In this document: piece by piece, positions 39,516 through 48,630 of the stretch | How the letters are laid out: each line of letters begins with the position of its first letter | Numbering within the stretch: position 1 is the stretch's first letter | Assembly: GCA_934725575.1 (NCBI GenBank) | Contig: CAKVCK010000001.1 | Span: forward strand, 218,808-282,807 | Direction: 5' to 3' | Length of the DNA stretch: 64,000 nucleotides | Source of the DNA: an uncultured Bacteroidales bacterium | Lineage (GTDB): Bacteria; Bacteroidota; Bacteroidia; Bacteroidales; UBA932 | Position numbers and translations under genes: made by a program | The notes under the pieces: generated by a model | The model's database searches: none | The model's input: the letters and a program-made list of their open reading frames with translations, nothing else | What the model was told of the DNA's origin: nothing

Positions 39516-39625
39516 TTTACTGTTTTTACCGCGTGTCCTCAACAAAATATATCTGAAAACTTCAGCGTCTTTCTAAATCGTGAAACCGTCCGCGGCCTTA
39601 AGCGGTCAGCGGAGATTTCATTTTT

Positions 39626-39670
39626 AATAAAAAAGGGACGGCTGCGTCATAGAGCGCGGCCAATCCCTTT
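39626..39670 (-). terminator. Hairpin plus U-run between rpsO and pnp (partial terminator/attenuator, analogous to the E. coli rpsO-pnp arrangement)
   Basis: On the minus-strand RNA: aaaggga-uuggccgcg...cgcagccg-ucccuuuuuu. GC-rich stem with a small interior loop, then U6. Confidence 0.5.
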
Positions 39671-39688
39671 TCTGTTCCTATCGCGAAT

Positions 39689-39964
39689 TTATCGACGGAG
39701 ACCGAGCTCCTTGACGATCTTTCTGTATCTCTCGATGTCGATCTTCTGGAGGTAGTCCAAAAGCTGACGCCTCTTACCTACGAGTCGAAGAAGGGAACGA
39801 CGGGTGACAACATCCTTCTTGTTCTTCTTCACGTGCTCCGTGAGGTGATTGATACGGTAGGAAAATAAAGCAACTTGACTCTCTGGTGAGCCGGTGTCTG
39901 TATTAGACTTTCCGTACTTAGCGAAAATCTCTTGCTTTTTGTCGGCTTGTAAATACTCTGCCAT
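39689..39964 (-). CDS. rpsO: 30S ribosomal protein S15
   Basis: 91 aa. [20 protein letters not shown]... is a canonical S15 sequence. Upstream of pnp as in most bacteria. Confidence 0.95.
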   Translation of the reverse strand: MAEYLQADKKQEIFAKYGKSNTDTGSPESQVALFSYRINHLTEHVKKNKKDVVTRRSLLRLVGKRRQLLDYLQKIDIERYRKIVKELGLRR

Positions 39965-40028
39965 TTTCGCAAAAAATTTTGTTGATGATTAATAACGTCT
40001 TCTTCCCCGCACCCTGCGGAAAAGCGTG

Positions 40029-40036
40029 CAAAGATA
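40029..40036 (-). promoter_or_regulatory. Candidate -7 box (TAtcTTTG on the minus strand) for rpsO
   Basis: Exact TAnnTTTG about 65 nt upstream of the rpsO ATG. No TTTG -33 element at canonical spacing. Confidence 0.35.
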
Positions 40037-40101
40037 GGCATAATTTTCAGATAATCAAAATATTTTCTGAATATTCATTAATATTCAAAATGAATCTGAG
40101 C

Positions 40102-40659
40102 TCAGTACAGCCGGTAGCCGCGCAGGGCCCGTTGTTTGGCGAGATGGTCGGGGCAGAGGGATTCGAGGAGGGCGTGGAACTGGGGTCCGTGGTTGGGATG
40201 GCGAAGGTGGCAGAGCTCGTGTAGGATGACATAGTCCCGCAGCTCGTCCGGTAGGCGCACGAGGTTGAGGTTAAGGTTGATGTTGCCTTTGCGCGAGCAG
40301 CTTCCCCAGTTCGAGGAGTTGTGCTTGATGCGGACGGAATTATATTCAAATGAATATTTTGCCGCGAGTTCCCGCAGACGCTTTGGAAGCACTTCTTTCG
40401 CGACTTTCCGCAGCGTCTCAATCTCTTCGGGAGTTGGAATATGCTCGGCTCCGATCCGCTCACGCTGCTGCTTCTGGACTTTCAGGACCCAATCTTTTTT
40501 CGCCAGGAAGAACTCCAGTCCGGCCTTGTACGGAACGAAATAAGGAATGGTAACGGTAACGCCCCTGCGGGGATTCACGCGAAGTGTCACCCTGCGGGAG
40601 CGTACATTTTTCTGGATTGTAACGGTACCGGTGTCCGGATCGTCAAAGATTTTCTCCAT
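40102..40659 (-). CDS. DUF45/YgjP-like (M48/SprT-like) zinc metallohydrolase
   Basis: HEXXH motif in ILHELCHLRHPNH with the typical YgjP layout. The start is ambiguous (40659, 40671 or 40677); every choice overlaps the 3' end of the upstream CPBP gene. Confidence 0.65.
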   Translation of the reverse strand: MEKIFDDPDTGTVTIQKNVRSRRVTLRVNPRRGVTVTIPYFVPYKAGLEFFLAKKDWVLKVQKQQRERIGAEHIPTPEEIETLRKVAKEVLPKRLRELAAKYSFEYNSVRIKHNSSNWGSCSRKGNINLNLNLVRLPDELRDYVILHELCHLRHPNHGPQFHALLESLCPDHLAKQRALRGYRLY

Positions 40660-41611
40660 TGTCGATGTCATCGGCACCCGGAATCACGTCACAGTTGCCC
40701 TGCGCTGAGGTCAGACTGATTCTTGACAAATATCTGACAGCCAGAAACAATACGGCGGCGCTTACTATGAATATGATCACATAGACCTCGGTTGGAATGA
40801 TGTCCATAAGACTGGCGTCGGCTCCTAAATCCTTGAACGCCGGAAGTTTGGAGGACAGTACTGAGACCGTGTTGTTGACGCAGTGCATCAGCATCGTGAG
40901 CTTCAGCGAGCCGGTCTTGTAATAGACATAGCCGAAGAAGCTTCCGAGGATGAACGCCGAGATTCCCTGCCAGAGGTTGCCGTGGATCGTGGCGAAGAAG
41001 ATCGCCGAGATGGCTATCGCAAGAGCGGGATTCATACCCCTCCTGCTGCCGTCCTCGCCCGGTTCGCCCTTTCTGGAATAGTTAAGAAGGCCTCTCAGTA
41101 CGATGCCTCTGCACATCCATTCCTCAAGCACGGGAGCGAACACGCACATACTCAGAAGACTCACCCATAGAGGTCCGTCGAGCAACTGCTCCATTGTCTT
41201 GAGAAGGGTCTCGTCCATATCCGGCATCAAGGCCATCAACGGCTCAAGCATCAGCGCCAGTGCGATCGTCCCGAAAGCCATCAATATGGCCGTAAGCGCT
41301 CCGCCTCGGGAACCGAAATGATTGCTGTCAAGCGCATAGCCCCTGTCGAATGTGGAGTTGCGCATACTCTTGAGCCTCACGAACATCAGGACAGGGATGA
41401 ACTGCACAGGATAGACGATCAGCATACTGTAGTACAGCGGTAATCCCGGCAGGAATATCATCAATCCGATGTTGATCAGGCTGCCGAGTATCATTCCGGC
41501 CAGGAACCAGCCCAGAACAGCGAAAACACCGGCCACGCCAGGAGTGTACCAGGCGCAGCCGGAGAAAAGGTCGTAGTTCTTCTCGACCTTGCGTGGTCTG
41601 AGAAAAGACAT
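40643..41611 (-). CDS. CPBP-family (CAAX protease / Abi) intramembrane metalloprotease
   Basis: Multiple TM helices. Motif 1 EEWMCRG (EExxxR), FxxxH (FFATIHG) and a C-terminal His motif (LMHCVNN). Its start overlaps the upstream gene's stop by 1 nt (TAATG). Confidence 0.8.
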   Translation of the reverse strand: MSFLRPRKVEKNYDLFSGCAWYTPGVAGVFAVLGWFLAGMILGSLINIGLMIFLPGLPLYYSMLIVYPVQFIPVLMFVRLKSMRNSTFDRGYALDSNHFGSRGGALTAILMAFGTIALALMLEPLMALMPDMDETLLKTMEQLLDGPLWVSLLSMCVFAPVLEEWMCRGIVLRGLLNYSRKGEPGEDGSRRGMNPALAIAISAIFFATIHGNLWQGISAFILGSFFGYVYYKTGSLKLTMLMHCVNNTVSVLSSKLPAFKDLGADASLMDIIPTEVYVIIFIVSAAVLFLAVRYLSRISLTSAQGNCDVIPGADDIDNGENL

Positions 41612-42549
41612 TACTTTTTCCAGAGAGGTGTAGGATAAACGCCCTTGTCAACGAGTTCCTGGAACTTGGCCACAACGCCCGGACGGTCCTCCTTGTAGGT
41701 CACACCGAACCAGTGTGAGTCGGTGGAGAGGACCTCGCACTTGTAGCCGTGATCCTTCATCATTATGTCAACGGCGTAAGGAATGTAGAATTCCTTCTTG
41801 AGTTCACCTATGTTCTGCTCCAGGAATGACGTGAACACCTCTTCGCTGAGCTGGAAGTAGTCAGGAGTGAAGCCCCACATATTCATAGAGCAAAGCGCCT
41901 TGCCGTCGAGTTCGACGTGGGTCTCGCCGTTGACGGAGTTGTCGCCATAGACCTTGCCGTCTGCCTCTTTGCCGATATTCAGGTGCTCGGCGATGCCGGT
42001 GAGGTGAAGGTTCTTGTCGTAGTAGCAGATTCCTCGGGAGACCTTGCCATATTCGGAAAGTGTGTTGTCAAGCTCGAAGCCGACGATGCTGCACGTTCCG
42101 GTGGTGCCTTCGTGCGCCCTCAGCCAGTCGCCGAGAATCTTGAAGGACTCCTTGCCGTAGTAGTCGTCACCGTTGATGACGGCGAACGGCTCATTGATGA
42201 CATCCTTGGCCATCAGTACTGCGTGGGCTGTTCCCCAAGGCTTCTGCCTCTCTGGGTTGAGAGTGAACTGAGACGGGATCTTGTCCAGCTCCTGGATCAC
42301 GAAATCGAACTCAAGAGGAGTGCCGTCAGGGCAGGTAATGCCGCTGTACTTCTCCTTCACGGTCTGCTCGAACTGCTCACGGAAATATTCACGCACGATG
42401 TAAACGACCTTGCCGAAACCGGCGTTGACCGCATCGTAGATTGAATAGTCGATGATGGTCTCGCCGTTAGGGCCGAGTCCGTCCATCTGTTTGAGTCCGC
42501 CGTAACGGCTGCCCATTCCGGCTGCAAGTACAAGAAGTGTAGGTTTCAT
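41611..42549 (-). CDS. Nucleotidyltransferase-family protein (sugar-1-phosphate nucleotidyltransferase-like N-terminal domain)
   Basis: N-terminal LLVLAAGMGSRYGGLKQ (NTP_transferase G-x-G-T/S-R motif), ~310 aa. Specific substrate not inferable from sequence. Confidence 0.7.
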   Translation of the reverse strand: MKPTLLVLAAGMGSRYGGLKQMDGLGPNGETIIDYSIYDAVNAGFGKVVYIVREYFREQFEQTVKEKYSGITCPDGTPLEFDFVIQELDKIPSQFTLNPERQKPWGTAHAVLMAKDVINEPFAVINGDDYYGKESFKILGDWLRAHEGTTGTCSIVGFELDNTLSEYGKVSRGICYYDKNLHLTGIAEHLNIGKEADGKVYGDNSVNGETHVELDGKALCSMNMWGFTPDYFQLSEEVFTSFLEQNIGELKKEFYIPYAVDIMMKDHGYKCEVLSTDSHWFGVTYKEDRPGVVAKFQELVDKGVYPTPLWKK

Positions 42550-42672
42550 TTTTTTTGAATATTAATGATTTCAAACCGATTTCGGAAAGTTCAAAGGAAA
42601 CTTGGACGAGGCGTTAAAATTTGTGGCAAGTTATCCATTTCATTTTCCTTAATTCTACAAAATTAACTATTT

Positions 42673-43023
42673 TTGTACAAATATTGTTCTAAAGCCGTGG
42701 GAAAGTTCAGGGACATCTGGAATTGGAAATTGGATGGCAAGAACGCCGAAAAGCGTTCCTTTGTCCGTTATGCCATCCTCGCGACAGCCTTTTTCGTCAT
42801 AATGGTAGGATTTGTCAACCAGAACAACATCGTCCGCTGGATCAAGGCCGGCTTCGAGATCCGCAATCAGGAGAGGCTGATAGAGCGGTACAGCGCCGAG
42901 ATCAAGGATATGGACAGCAAGATCCACGGCCTGACCCACAGCAAGGATTCCCTGGAGCAGTTCGCCCGCGAGAACTTTGGATTCGCCGAGCCGGGCGATG
43001 ACGTTTACATCATAGAAAGATAA
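42673..43023 (+). CDS. FtsB/DivIC-like septum formation initiator family protein
   Basis: Short basic N-terminus, one TM (FVRYAILATAFFVIMVGFV), coiled coil (ERLIERYSAEIKDMDSKIHGL). The annotated ATG overlaps a TAttTTTG -7 box at 42668-42675, so the true start may be a downstream non-ATG codon. Confidence 0.6.
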   Translation: MYKYCSKAVGKFRDIWNWKLDGKNAEKRSFVRYAILATAFFVIMVGFVNQNNIVRWIKAGFEIRNQERLIERYSAEIKDMDSKIHGLTHSKDSLEQFARENFGFAEPGDDVYIIER

Positions 43024-43034
43024 TTTTACTGAAT

Positions 43035-44396
43035 ATGGACTTTCATTCTCTTCTGGCAGTGTCTCCGATCGACGGTCGCTATGCTGCCAAAACAGCATCG
43101 TTGAGACAGTATTTCAGCGAGTTCGCCTTGATCCGCAACCGCGTCAGAGTCGAGGTGGAATATTTCATCACTCTTTGCGAGATTCCTCTGCCGCAGCTCG
43201 CCGACTTCGGCGAAGGCACCGGAATGAGCCGTGACGAACTGTTCACCCGCCTGCGCCAGCTTTACCAAGCGATGACTCCGGAGGATGCGCAGAAGGTGAA
43301 GGACATCGAGAAGATCACCAACCACGATGTCAAGGCCGTTGAATATTTCATCAAGGAGAATTTCAAGGCTCTTGGAATATCCCGTTGGCAGGAGTTCGTC
43401 CACTTTGGCCTGACCTCTCAGGACATCAACAACACATCCCAGCCGTTGATGCTCAAGGAAGCTCTTGAGAATGAATATATTCCCGCGCTGAAAGAGGTGA
43501 TCTCCATCCTGTCCGCCGATGTCGAGGCGTGGAAGGATGTTCCGATGCTCGCCAGGACACACGGCCAGCCGGCCACTCCGACACGTCTCGGGAAAGAGTT
43601 CCAGGTGTTTGTCTCAAGGCTTGAGGAACAGCTCCGCCAGTTCGGCCAGTTGACCTGGCCTGCCAAATTCGGTGGTGCGACCGGTAATATGAACGCCCAC
43701 AAGGTCGCATTCCCGGACATCGACTGGCCGGCGTTCGCCGACAGGTTCGTGGCCTCGCTTGGTCTCAAGAGGTCATTCCCGACCACTCAGATCGACCACT
43801 ATGACAACCTGGCCGCGATCTTCGACTGTCTGCGCAGAATCAACACCATCCTCATCGATCTGTGCAGGGACATCTGGACCTACATCTCGATGGAATATTT
43901 CCACCAGCAGGTCGCAAAGAATGAGGTCGGCTCTTCGGCAATGCCCCACAAGGTCAACCCGATAGACTTCGAGAACGCTGAAGGTAACCTTGGAATGGCA
44001 AACGCCGTGCTGACATTCCTTTCGATGAAGCTTCCGATCTCCAGGCTGCAGAGGGATCTGACCGACTCCACTGTGCAGCGTAACATCGGAGTTCCGGTGG
44101 CCCACGGAATGATCGCCCTCGCATCACTGAAGAAAGGGCTCGGCAAGCTGATTCTGAACCGTCCGGCCATCGACGCCGAGCTGCATCACAACTGGGCGGT
44201 GGTCGCCGAGGCCATCCAGACCATCCTCCGCCGCGAGAATTACCCGAATCCGTACGAGACCCTCAAGAATCTCACCCGCACCGGAGCCGCCATCGACGAG
44301 AAGACCATCGAGGACTTCATCAACACCCTCGATGTCGCCGACTCCGTCAAGGAAGAGCTCCGCGCCATCACCCCGTGGAACTACACCGGCTTCTGA
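43035..44396 (+). CDS. purB: Adenylosuccinate lyase
   Basis: 453 aa. Canonical PurB start (SPIDGRY) and fumarate-lyase signature (GSSAMPHKVNP). Confidence 0.95.
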   Translation: MDFHSLLAVSPIDGRYAAKTASLRQYFSEFALIRNRVRVEVEYFITLCEIPLPQLADFGEGTGMSRDELFTRLRQLYQAMTPEDAQKVKDIEKITNHDVKAVEYFIKENFKALGISRWQEFVHFGLTSQDINNTSQPLMLKEALENEYIPALKEVISILSADVEAWKDVPMLARTHGQPATPTRLGKEFQVFVSRLEEQLRQFGQLTWPAKFGGATGNMNAHKVAFPDIDWPAFADRFVASLGLKRSFPTTQIDHYDNLAAIFDCLRRINTILIDLCRDIWTYISMEYFHQQVAKNEVGSSAMPHKVNPIDFENAEGNLGMANAVLTFLSMKLPISRLQRDLTDSTVQRNIGVPVAHGMIALASLKKGLGKLILNRPAIDAELHHNWAVVAEAIQTILRRENYPNPYETLKNLTRTGAAIDEKTIEDFINTLDVADSVKEELRAITPWNYTGF

Positions 44397-44439
44397 TCGG
44401 TCACTTCGACAGGTTCAGTGACCAACGTAAGGCAATACC

Positions 44440-44724
44440 CTAATCGTACAGTTCATCCTTTCGCAGAATCCTGTTCAAAAGGTAGTTGCCGTACCCGTCA
44501 GGCATACTGTCTTCAAATATTCCGAAATTGCCGTAGAAATAATCGGTCTTCGGAAGCAAGAGACCGCTTTTCAGTGGCAATTCCAATGGGGAAATGGAAA
44601 AACCCTCCGCTAGCCAGGTTTGGCTGTACTCGAACGCACATTTATGATTGCCTGGAGTCATTGACAATGTCCCGACAAGCTTATTATGATAAAAAACATC
44701 AAGTGATTCAGGTAGTTTGATCAT
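44440..44724 (-). CDS. HipA N-terminal-domain-only protein (HipS-like), or a truncated hipA remnant
   Basis: 94 aa. MIKLPESLDVFYHNKLVGTLSM...FEYSQTWL...FSISPLELPL matches the HipA N-terminal subdomain pattern. It stops 44 nt before the end of purB, leaving no room for a kinase domain. It overlaps the upstream HTH gene by 4 nt. Confidence 0.6.
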   Translation of the reverse strand: MIKLPESLDVFYHNKLVGTLSMTPGNHKCAFEYSQTWLAEGFSISPLELPLKSGLLLPKTDYFYGNFGIFEDSMPDGYGNYLLNRILRKDELYD

Positions 44725-45038
44725 AATTTCCGTAATCCTCTTTTTCTGTTCATATTCTTTTTTATGGTTTCCATCTCCTCCATCGTGCTGTATTTTGATT
44801 CCATAAAAAGTTTGTCCAGTTCATCGGTATAGCCCAATGCCATAGCGATTTTGACAAAGGAAGCAAGAGAAATCCTGGAAGAAGTCTCAAAATGCGCGAT
44901 GGTTGATTTAGGAACACCAGTCAAAGCTTGCAAGGCCTCCCTCGTAATTCCTTTCTCAAGCCTTCTTTTCTTCAGCCTGTCAGCCAACGATCTTGTAACT
45001 TCATCCGGAGTCGTGAATATGAAATCAGGTTCAAACAT
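44721..45038 (-). CDS. XRE-family HTH DNA-binding protein (HipB-like antitoxin)
   Basis: 105 aa. HTH segment LRKKRLEKGITREALQALTGVPKSTIAHFE. Immediately upstream of, and translationally coupled to, the HipA-N gene. AT-rich locus. Confidence 0.65.
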   Translation of the reverse strand: MFEPDFIFTTPDEVTRSLADRLKKRRLEKGITREALQALTGVPKSTIAHFETSSRISLASFVKIAMALGYTDELDKLFMESKYSTMEEMETIKKNMNRKRGLRKL

Positions 45039-45226
45039 AAATACTAATATTATATCTATTATCTACCATATACAAAGATAATAAATATTATTTTAGCATT
45101 ATCCCATACAGATAAAAGATGATTCCAAAGTTTCCTATGTGGCTGCCGTGAAATGGTATGGGATTGAATATAAAAAAAGAGCTGACCTTGTGGGCCAGCA
45201 TCTTCTCTATAGTTTGATGTAGAACG

Positions 45227-46561
45227 CTATTTCATCGTCACGGATACGACATAATCCTCCGCCGGAAGGTCGGCAGGAAGAGTGATGAAGAGTTTCTCGC
45301 CGACTTTCTTAACCGGCAGGGTGGTTCCGTCAGAAAAGGCGGTCACGGTCTTCACCTTGGACTTCTTGGCAACTGGGATCTCAAGAACAGCTCCAGGATT
45401 CTGCAAGACGTGAATATAGAAGGTCTTGCCACCTGCCAGAGGAGCTGTTGTGACACCCCATTCCTGCTCGGCTACCGGGCCGGGGCCACAACCCTTGATG
45501 GACTCACCGTTGACCTTCATCCACTGACCGATCTCCTTCAGCAGAGCCAGAGCGGCATCCGGAAGGCGACCGTCAGCGCGAGGGCCGATGTTCAGCAAAA
45601 GGTTGGTGTTCATCGAGACGGCCTTGGCAAGGGTACCCACAAGTTGCGCCGCTGTCTTGTAGTCACGGTCGGAAACACTGTAGCCCCAGGTGTGGTTCAT
45701 CGTCTGGCACATCTCAAGCGGCAGTTTGTCGCTTACCATCTGTCCCTCGGAATAACCGGCTGTGTTCTGGCCTGGAAGATCTCTTTCGAACATCTGGAAA
45801 TCTTCACCCTCAATCGGTTGAATGTGGTGATTGTTACCGATGAGGCAGGCCGGATCCACTGAATGAATATATTCATAGAACTCAGGCATCTTCCAGTTGA
45901 AAGGGATTGAGTCACGCTTGTGGTCCCAATAGCCGTCAAACCAGAGGGCGCGGACAGGGGCGTACTGGGTCATCAACTCTTTCACCTGCTGCTTCATAAA
46001 GCCAAGATAGTGGTCATAGTCAGGATGATCGCCCTTGCGGCCGGTGTTGTGGCCGGACTCGCCGAGCGGGTAATCCTCTCTGATCCAGTCCAGAATCGAA
46101 TAATAGAACTGGAGGCTCAGACCTTCCTTATGGCAGGCATCTGCGAGATCCCGCATCACATCCTTTCCCCAAGGGGTAGCCTTGACGATGTTGTAGTCCG
46201 AAGCCTTGGTGTCGAACATAGAGAAACCATCGTGATGACGGGAAGTGATTGTCACATAGCCGGCACCTGCATCCTTGAAAGCCTTAACCCATTCCTCGGC
46301 GTTGTAGCCGGCGGGATAGAAAGCGGTCGCCGCGTGGGCATATTCATCCTTGTTCAGGCCTCCAAGCTGGAGGTACCACTCCCCTTGCGCGTATGACGCA
46401 TATATTCCCCAATGCAGGAATATTCCGAAGCGGTCGTTGACGAGTTGGCGGCGCGCCTCCAGATTCTCCGGAGTCGGCTGATAGTGGTTCTGTGAATATC
46501 CCGCCGAAGCGGTCACGAGTGAAAGGCAGATTGCCAGAAAGGTGGTTCTCAATGTCTTCAT
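45227..46561 (-). CDS. Alpha-L-fucosidase (GH29)
   Basis: 444 aa with a signal peptide. GH29 motifs (FGIFLHWGIYA, GAGYVTITSRHHDGFSMFDT, WFDGYW). Confidence 0.9.
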   Translation of the reverse strand: MKTLRTTFLAICLSLVTASAGYSQNHYQPTPENLEARRQLVNDRFGIFLHWGIYASYAQGEWYLQLGGLNKDEYAHAATAFYPAGYNAEEWVKAFKDAGAGYVTITSRHHDGFSMFDTKASDYNIVKATPWGKDVMRDLADACHKEGLSLQFYYSILDWIREDYPLGESGHNTGRKGDHPDYDHYLGFMKQQVKELMTQYAPVRALWFDGYWDHKRDSIPFNWKMPEFYEYIHSVDPACLIGNNHHIQPIEGEDFQMFERDLPGQNTAGYSEGQMVSDKLPLEMCQTMNHTWGYSVSDRDYKTAAQLVGTLAKAVSMNTNLLLNIGPRADGRLPDAALALLKEIGQWMKVNGESIKGCGPGPVAEQEWGVTTAPLAGGKTFYIHVLQNPGAVLEIPVAKKSKVKTVTAFSDGTTLPVKKVGEKLFITLPADLPAEDYVVSVTMK

Positions 46562-46590
46562 AATGAATATATTTGTAAATACAATCAGTT

Positions 46591-47781
46591 TTACTCCTCA
46601 GGATAAAGCGAGCCGGCGATGCCCATCTGGAGGCCGCGAAGCTCAGCGATGCCCCTCATCCGGCCGTAGCAGGAATATCCCGGGTTGGATTTCTTCTGAA
46701 GGTCATCGCACATCCTGTGGCCGTGGTCAGGACGGCAGAACACACGGAACTTGCGCTCCTGCATCACCTCAAGGAGGGTCTTCATCATTCCGTACATATC
46801 CACGTCACCGGCCAGGTGCGTGTCCTCGAAATAGTTGCCCTCGGCGTCACGCTTCGTGCTTCTGAAATGCACGAAATCAGTCCTGTCCCCAAACTCGCGC
46901 ATCATTCCGACAAGATCGTTGTCAGCCCTGATGCCGAACGAACCAGTGCAGAGGCAAAGGCCGTTGGACCAGTCAGGGACCGCGGCGATCAGTTTACGGA
47001 AATCATCCGCCGTTGAAAGGATCCTTGGAAGACCAAGAATCGGGAACGGTGGGTCATCCGGATGGATGACCATCCTCACTCCAACTTCGTCAGCCACTGG
47101 GCAGATCTGGCTCAGGAAGAAGATAAGATTGCTTCTAAGTTTCTCGGAATCAATTCCATCGTACCTTTCGAGCTCTTTTCTGAACTGGTCAAGGGTGAAA
47201 CTCTCCTCGCTGCCAGGAAGGCCGGCGATCATCGTTCGGGTGAGTTTGTGGATCTCCTCAGCGTCCATCTTCTCGAAACGTGCCTTTGCCTTGGCGATGT
47301 CCTCGGCTGAATATTCCTTCTCCGCTCCCGGTCTTTTCAGGATGAAAAGGTCGAACGCCAGCAGGGCCGCGCGCTCGAAGCGCAGACAGGTCGAGCCGTC
47401 AGGAAGCCTGTAGTCCAGATCGGTACGGGTCCAGTCAAGCACCGGCATGAAGTTGTAGGTCACGCACTTGATGCCGCACTCAGCGAGGTTGCGCAGAGTC
47501 TGCTTGTAGTTCTCGATATACTGGAGATAGTCCCCGGTCTGGGTCTTGATGTGCTCGTGCACAGGCACGCTTTCGACCACGCTCCAGATGAGTCCCCAGT
47601 CGGCGATCATCTTCTGGCGGGCCTTGATCTCCTTGACCGGCCAGACTTGACCGTTAGGAATATGATGGAGGGCGTGAACGATGTCAGTCACGCCTGTCTG
47701 ACGTATGTAGTCCAGAGAGATAGGATCGTTGGGGCCGTACCATCTCCAGCTTTCGCGCATTAAAAATAAATCTTTATTCAT
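46591..47781 (-). CDS. uxuA: Mannonate dehydratase
   Basis: 396 aa. UxuA signature N-terminus ([16 protein letters not shown]...) and xylose-isomerase-like TIM barrel. Confidence 0.9.
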   Translation of the reverse strand: MNKDLFLMRESWRWYGPNDPISLDYIRQTGVTDIVHALHHIPNGQVWPVKEIKARQKMIADWGLIWSVVESVPVHEHIKTQTGDYLQYIENYKQTLRNLAECGIKCVTYNFMPVLDWTRTDLDYRLPDGSTCLRFERAALLAFDLFILKRPGAEKEYSAEDIAKAKARFEKMDAEEIHKLTRTMIAGLPGSEESFTLDQFRKELERYDGIDSEKLRSNLIFFLSQICPVADEVGVRMVIHPDDPPFPILGLPRILSTADDFRKLIAAVPDWSNGLCLCTGSFGIRADNDLVGMMREFGDRTDFVHFRSTKRDAEGNYFEDTHLAGDVDMYGMMKTLLEVMQERKFRVFCRPDHGHRMCDDLQKKSNPGYSCYGRMRGIAELRGLQMGIAGSLYPEE

Positions 47782-47786
47782 ATTCC

Positions 47787-48614
47787 TTAGATCGAGAAAG
47801 CGTCAAAACCTCCGTCCACAACATTGATAGTTCCCGTCACGGCCTTGGAGGCGTCGGAAGCCAGCCAGTGGAGGGTTCCGAGAAGTTCCTCCGGCTCAAG
47901 GAAACGTCCGAACGGAGTGTGCGCCAGAATCTTGTGCGAGCGGTCGGTCAGACTGCCGTCAGGATTCGTAAGCAGGGAGCGGTTCTGGTTCGTGAGCAAG
48001 AATCCTGGTGCGATGGCGTTGACTCTGAAGCCCTCACCGAACTTTATGGCAAGTTCCCCGGCCAGATACTTTGTCCAGTTGGCCACAGCGGCCTTCGCGA
48101 CACCGTAACCGGCCACACGTGTGAGAGGCCTGAGTGAGGTCTCGCTGCAGAAATTGATGATCGAACCCTTCTTCTTCTCTACCATAGCCTTCGCGAAGAC
48201 CATAGTCGGAAGCACTGTACCGAACAAGTTAAGATCCACAACCTTGCGGACAGCCTCGACATCGAGGTCGAAGATTGTCTTCTCAGGAGGAACCGTGGCG
48301 GCGGCCATATTTCCACCAGCGGCGTTCAGAAGGATGTCAATCCCACCGAACCTCTCCACGATCTCCTTGCAGTTGGCCTCAAGGGTCTCCTTGTCAAGCA
48401 CATTTGTAGGAAGGAAGCAAGCCTCTCCGCCATCAGCCTTGATCTCGGCCACGATGGCCTCACCCTTCTCGGCGGCACGGTCAAGATCCAGAAGAGCGAC
48501 CTTCGCGCCCTGCGCCGCGAAATACTTAACGATGGTGGCGCCCAGAACCCCGCAGGCTCCGGTCATCACGACCACCTTACCTTTGATATCAAAAAGATTT
48601 TCCATAATATTCAA
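47787..48614 (-). CDS. uxuB: SDR-family oxidoreductase, probably D-mannonate oxidoreductase (Bacteroidetes-type UxuB)
   Basis: Rossmann TGACGVLG motif and YxxxK (YGVAKAA). Adjacent to uxuA. The uxuB call rests on context and family, not a specific signature. Confidence 0.7.
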   Translation of the reverse strand: MNIMENLFDIKGKVVVMTGACGVLGATIVKYFAAQGAKVALLDLDRAAEKGEAIVAEIKADGGEACFLPTNVLDKETLEANCKEIVERFGGIDILLNAAGGNMAAATVPPEKTIFDLDVEAVRKVVDLNLFGTVLPTMVFAKAMVEKKKGSIINFCSETSLRPLTRVAGYGVAKAAVANWTKYLAGELAIKFGEGFRVNAIAPGFLLTNQNRSLLTNPDGSLTDRSHKILAHTPFGRFLEPEELLGTLHWLASDASKAVTGTINVVDGGFDAFSI

Positions 48615-48630
48615 TTATTTAAACATTTAA

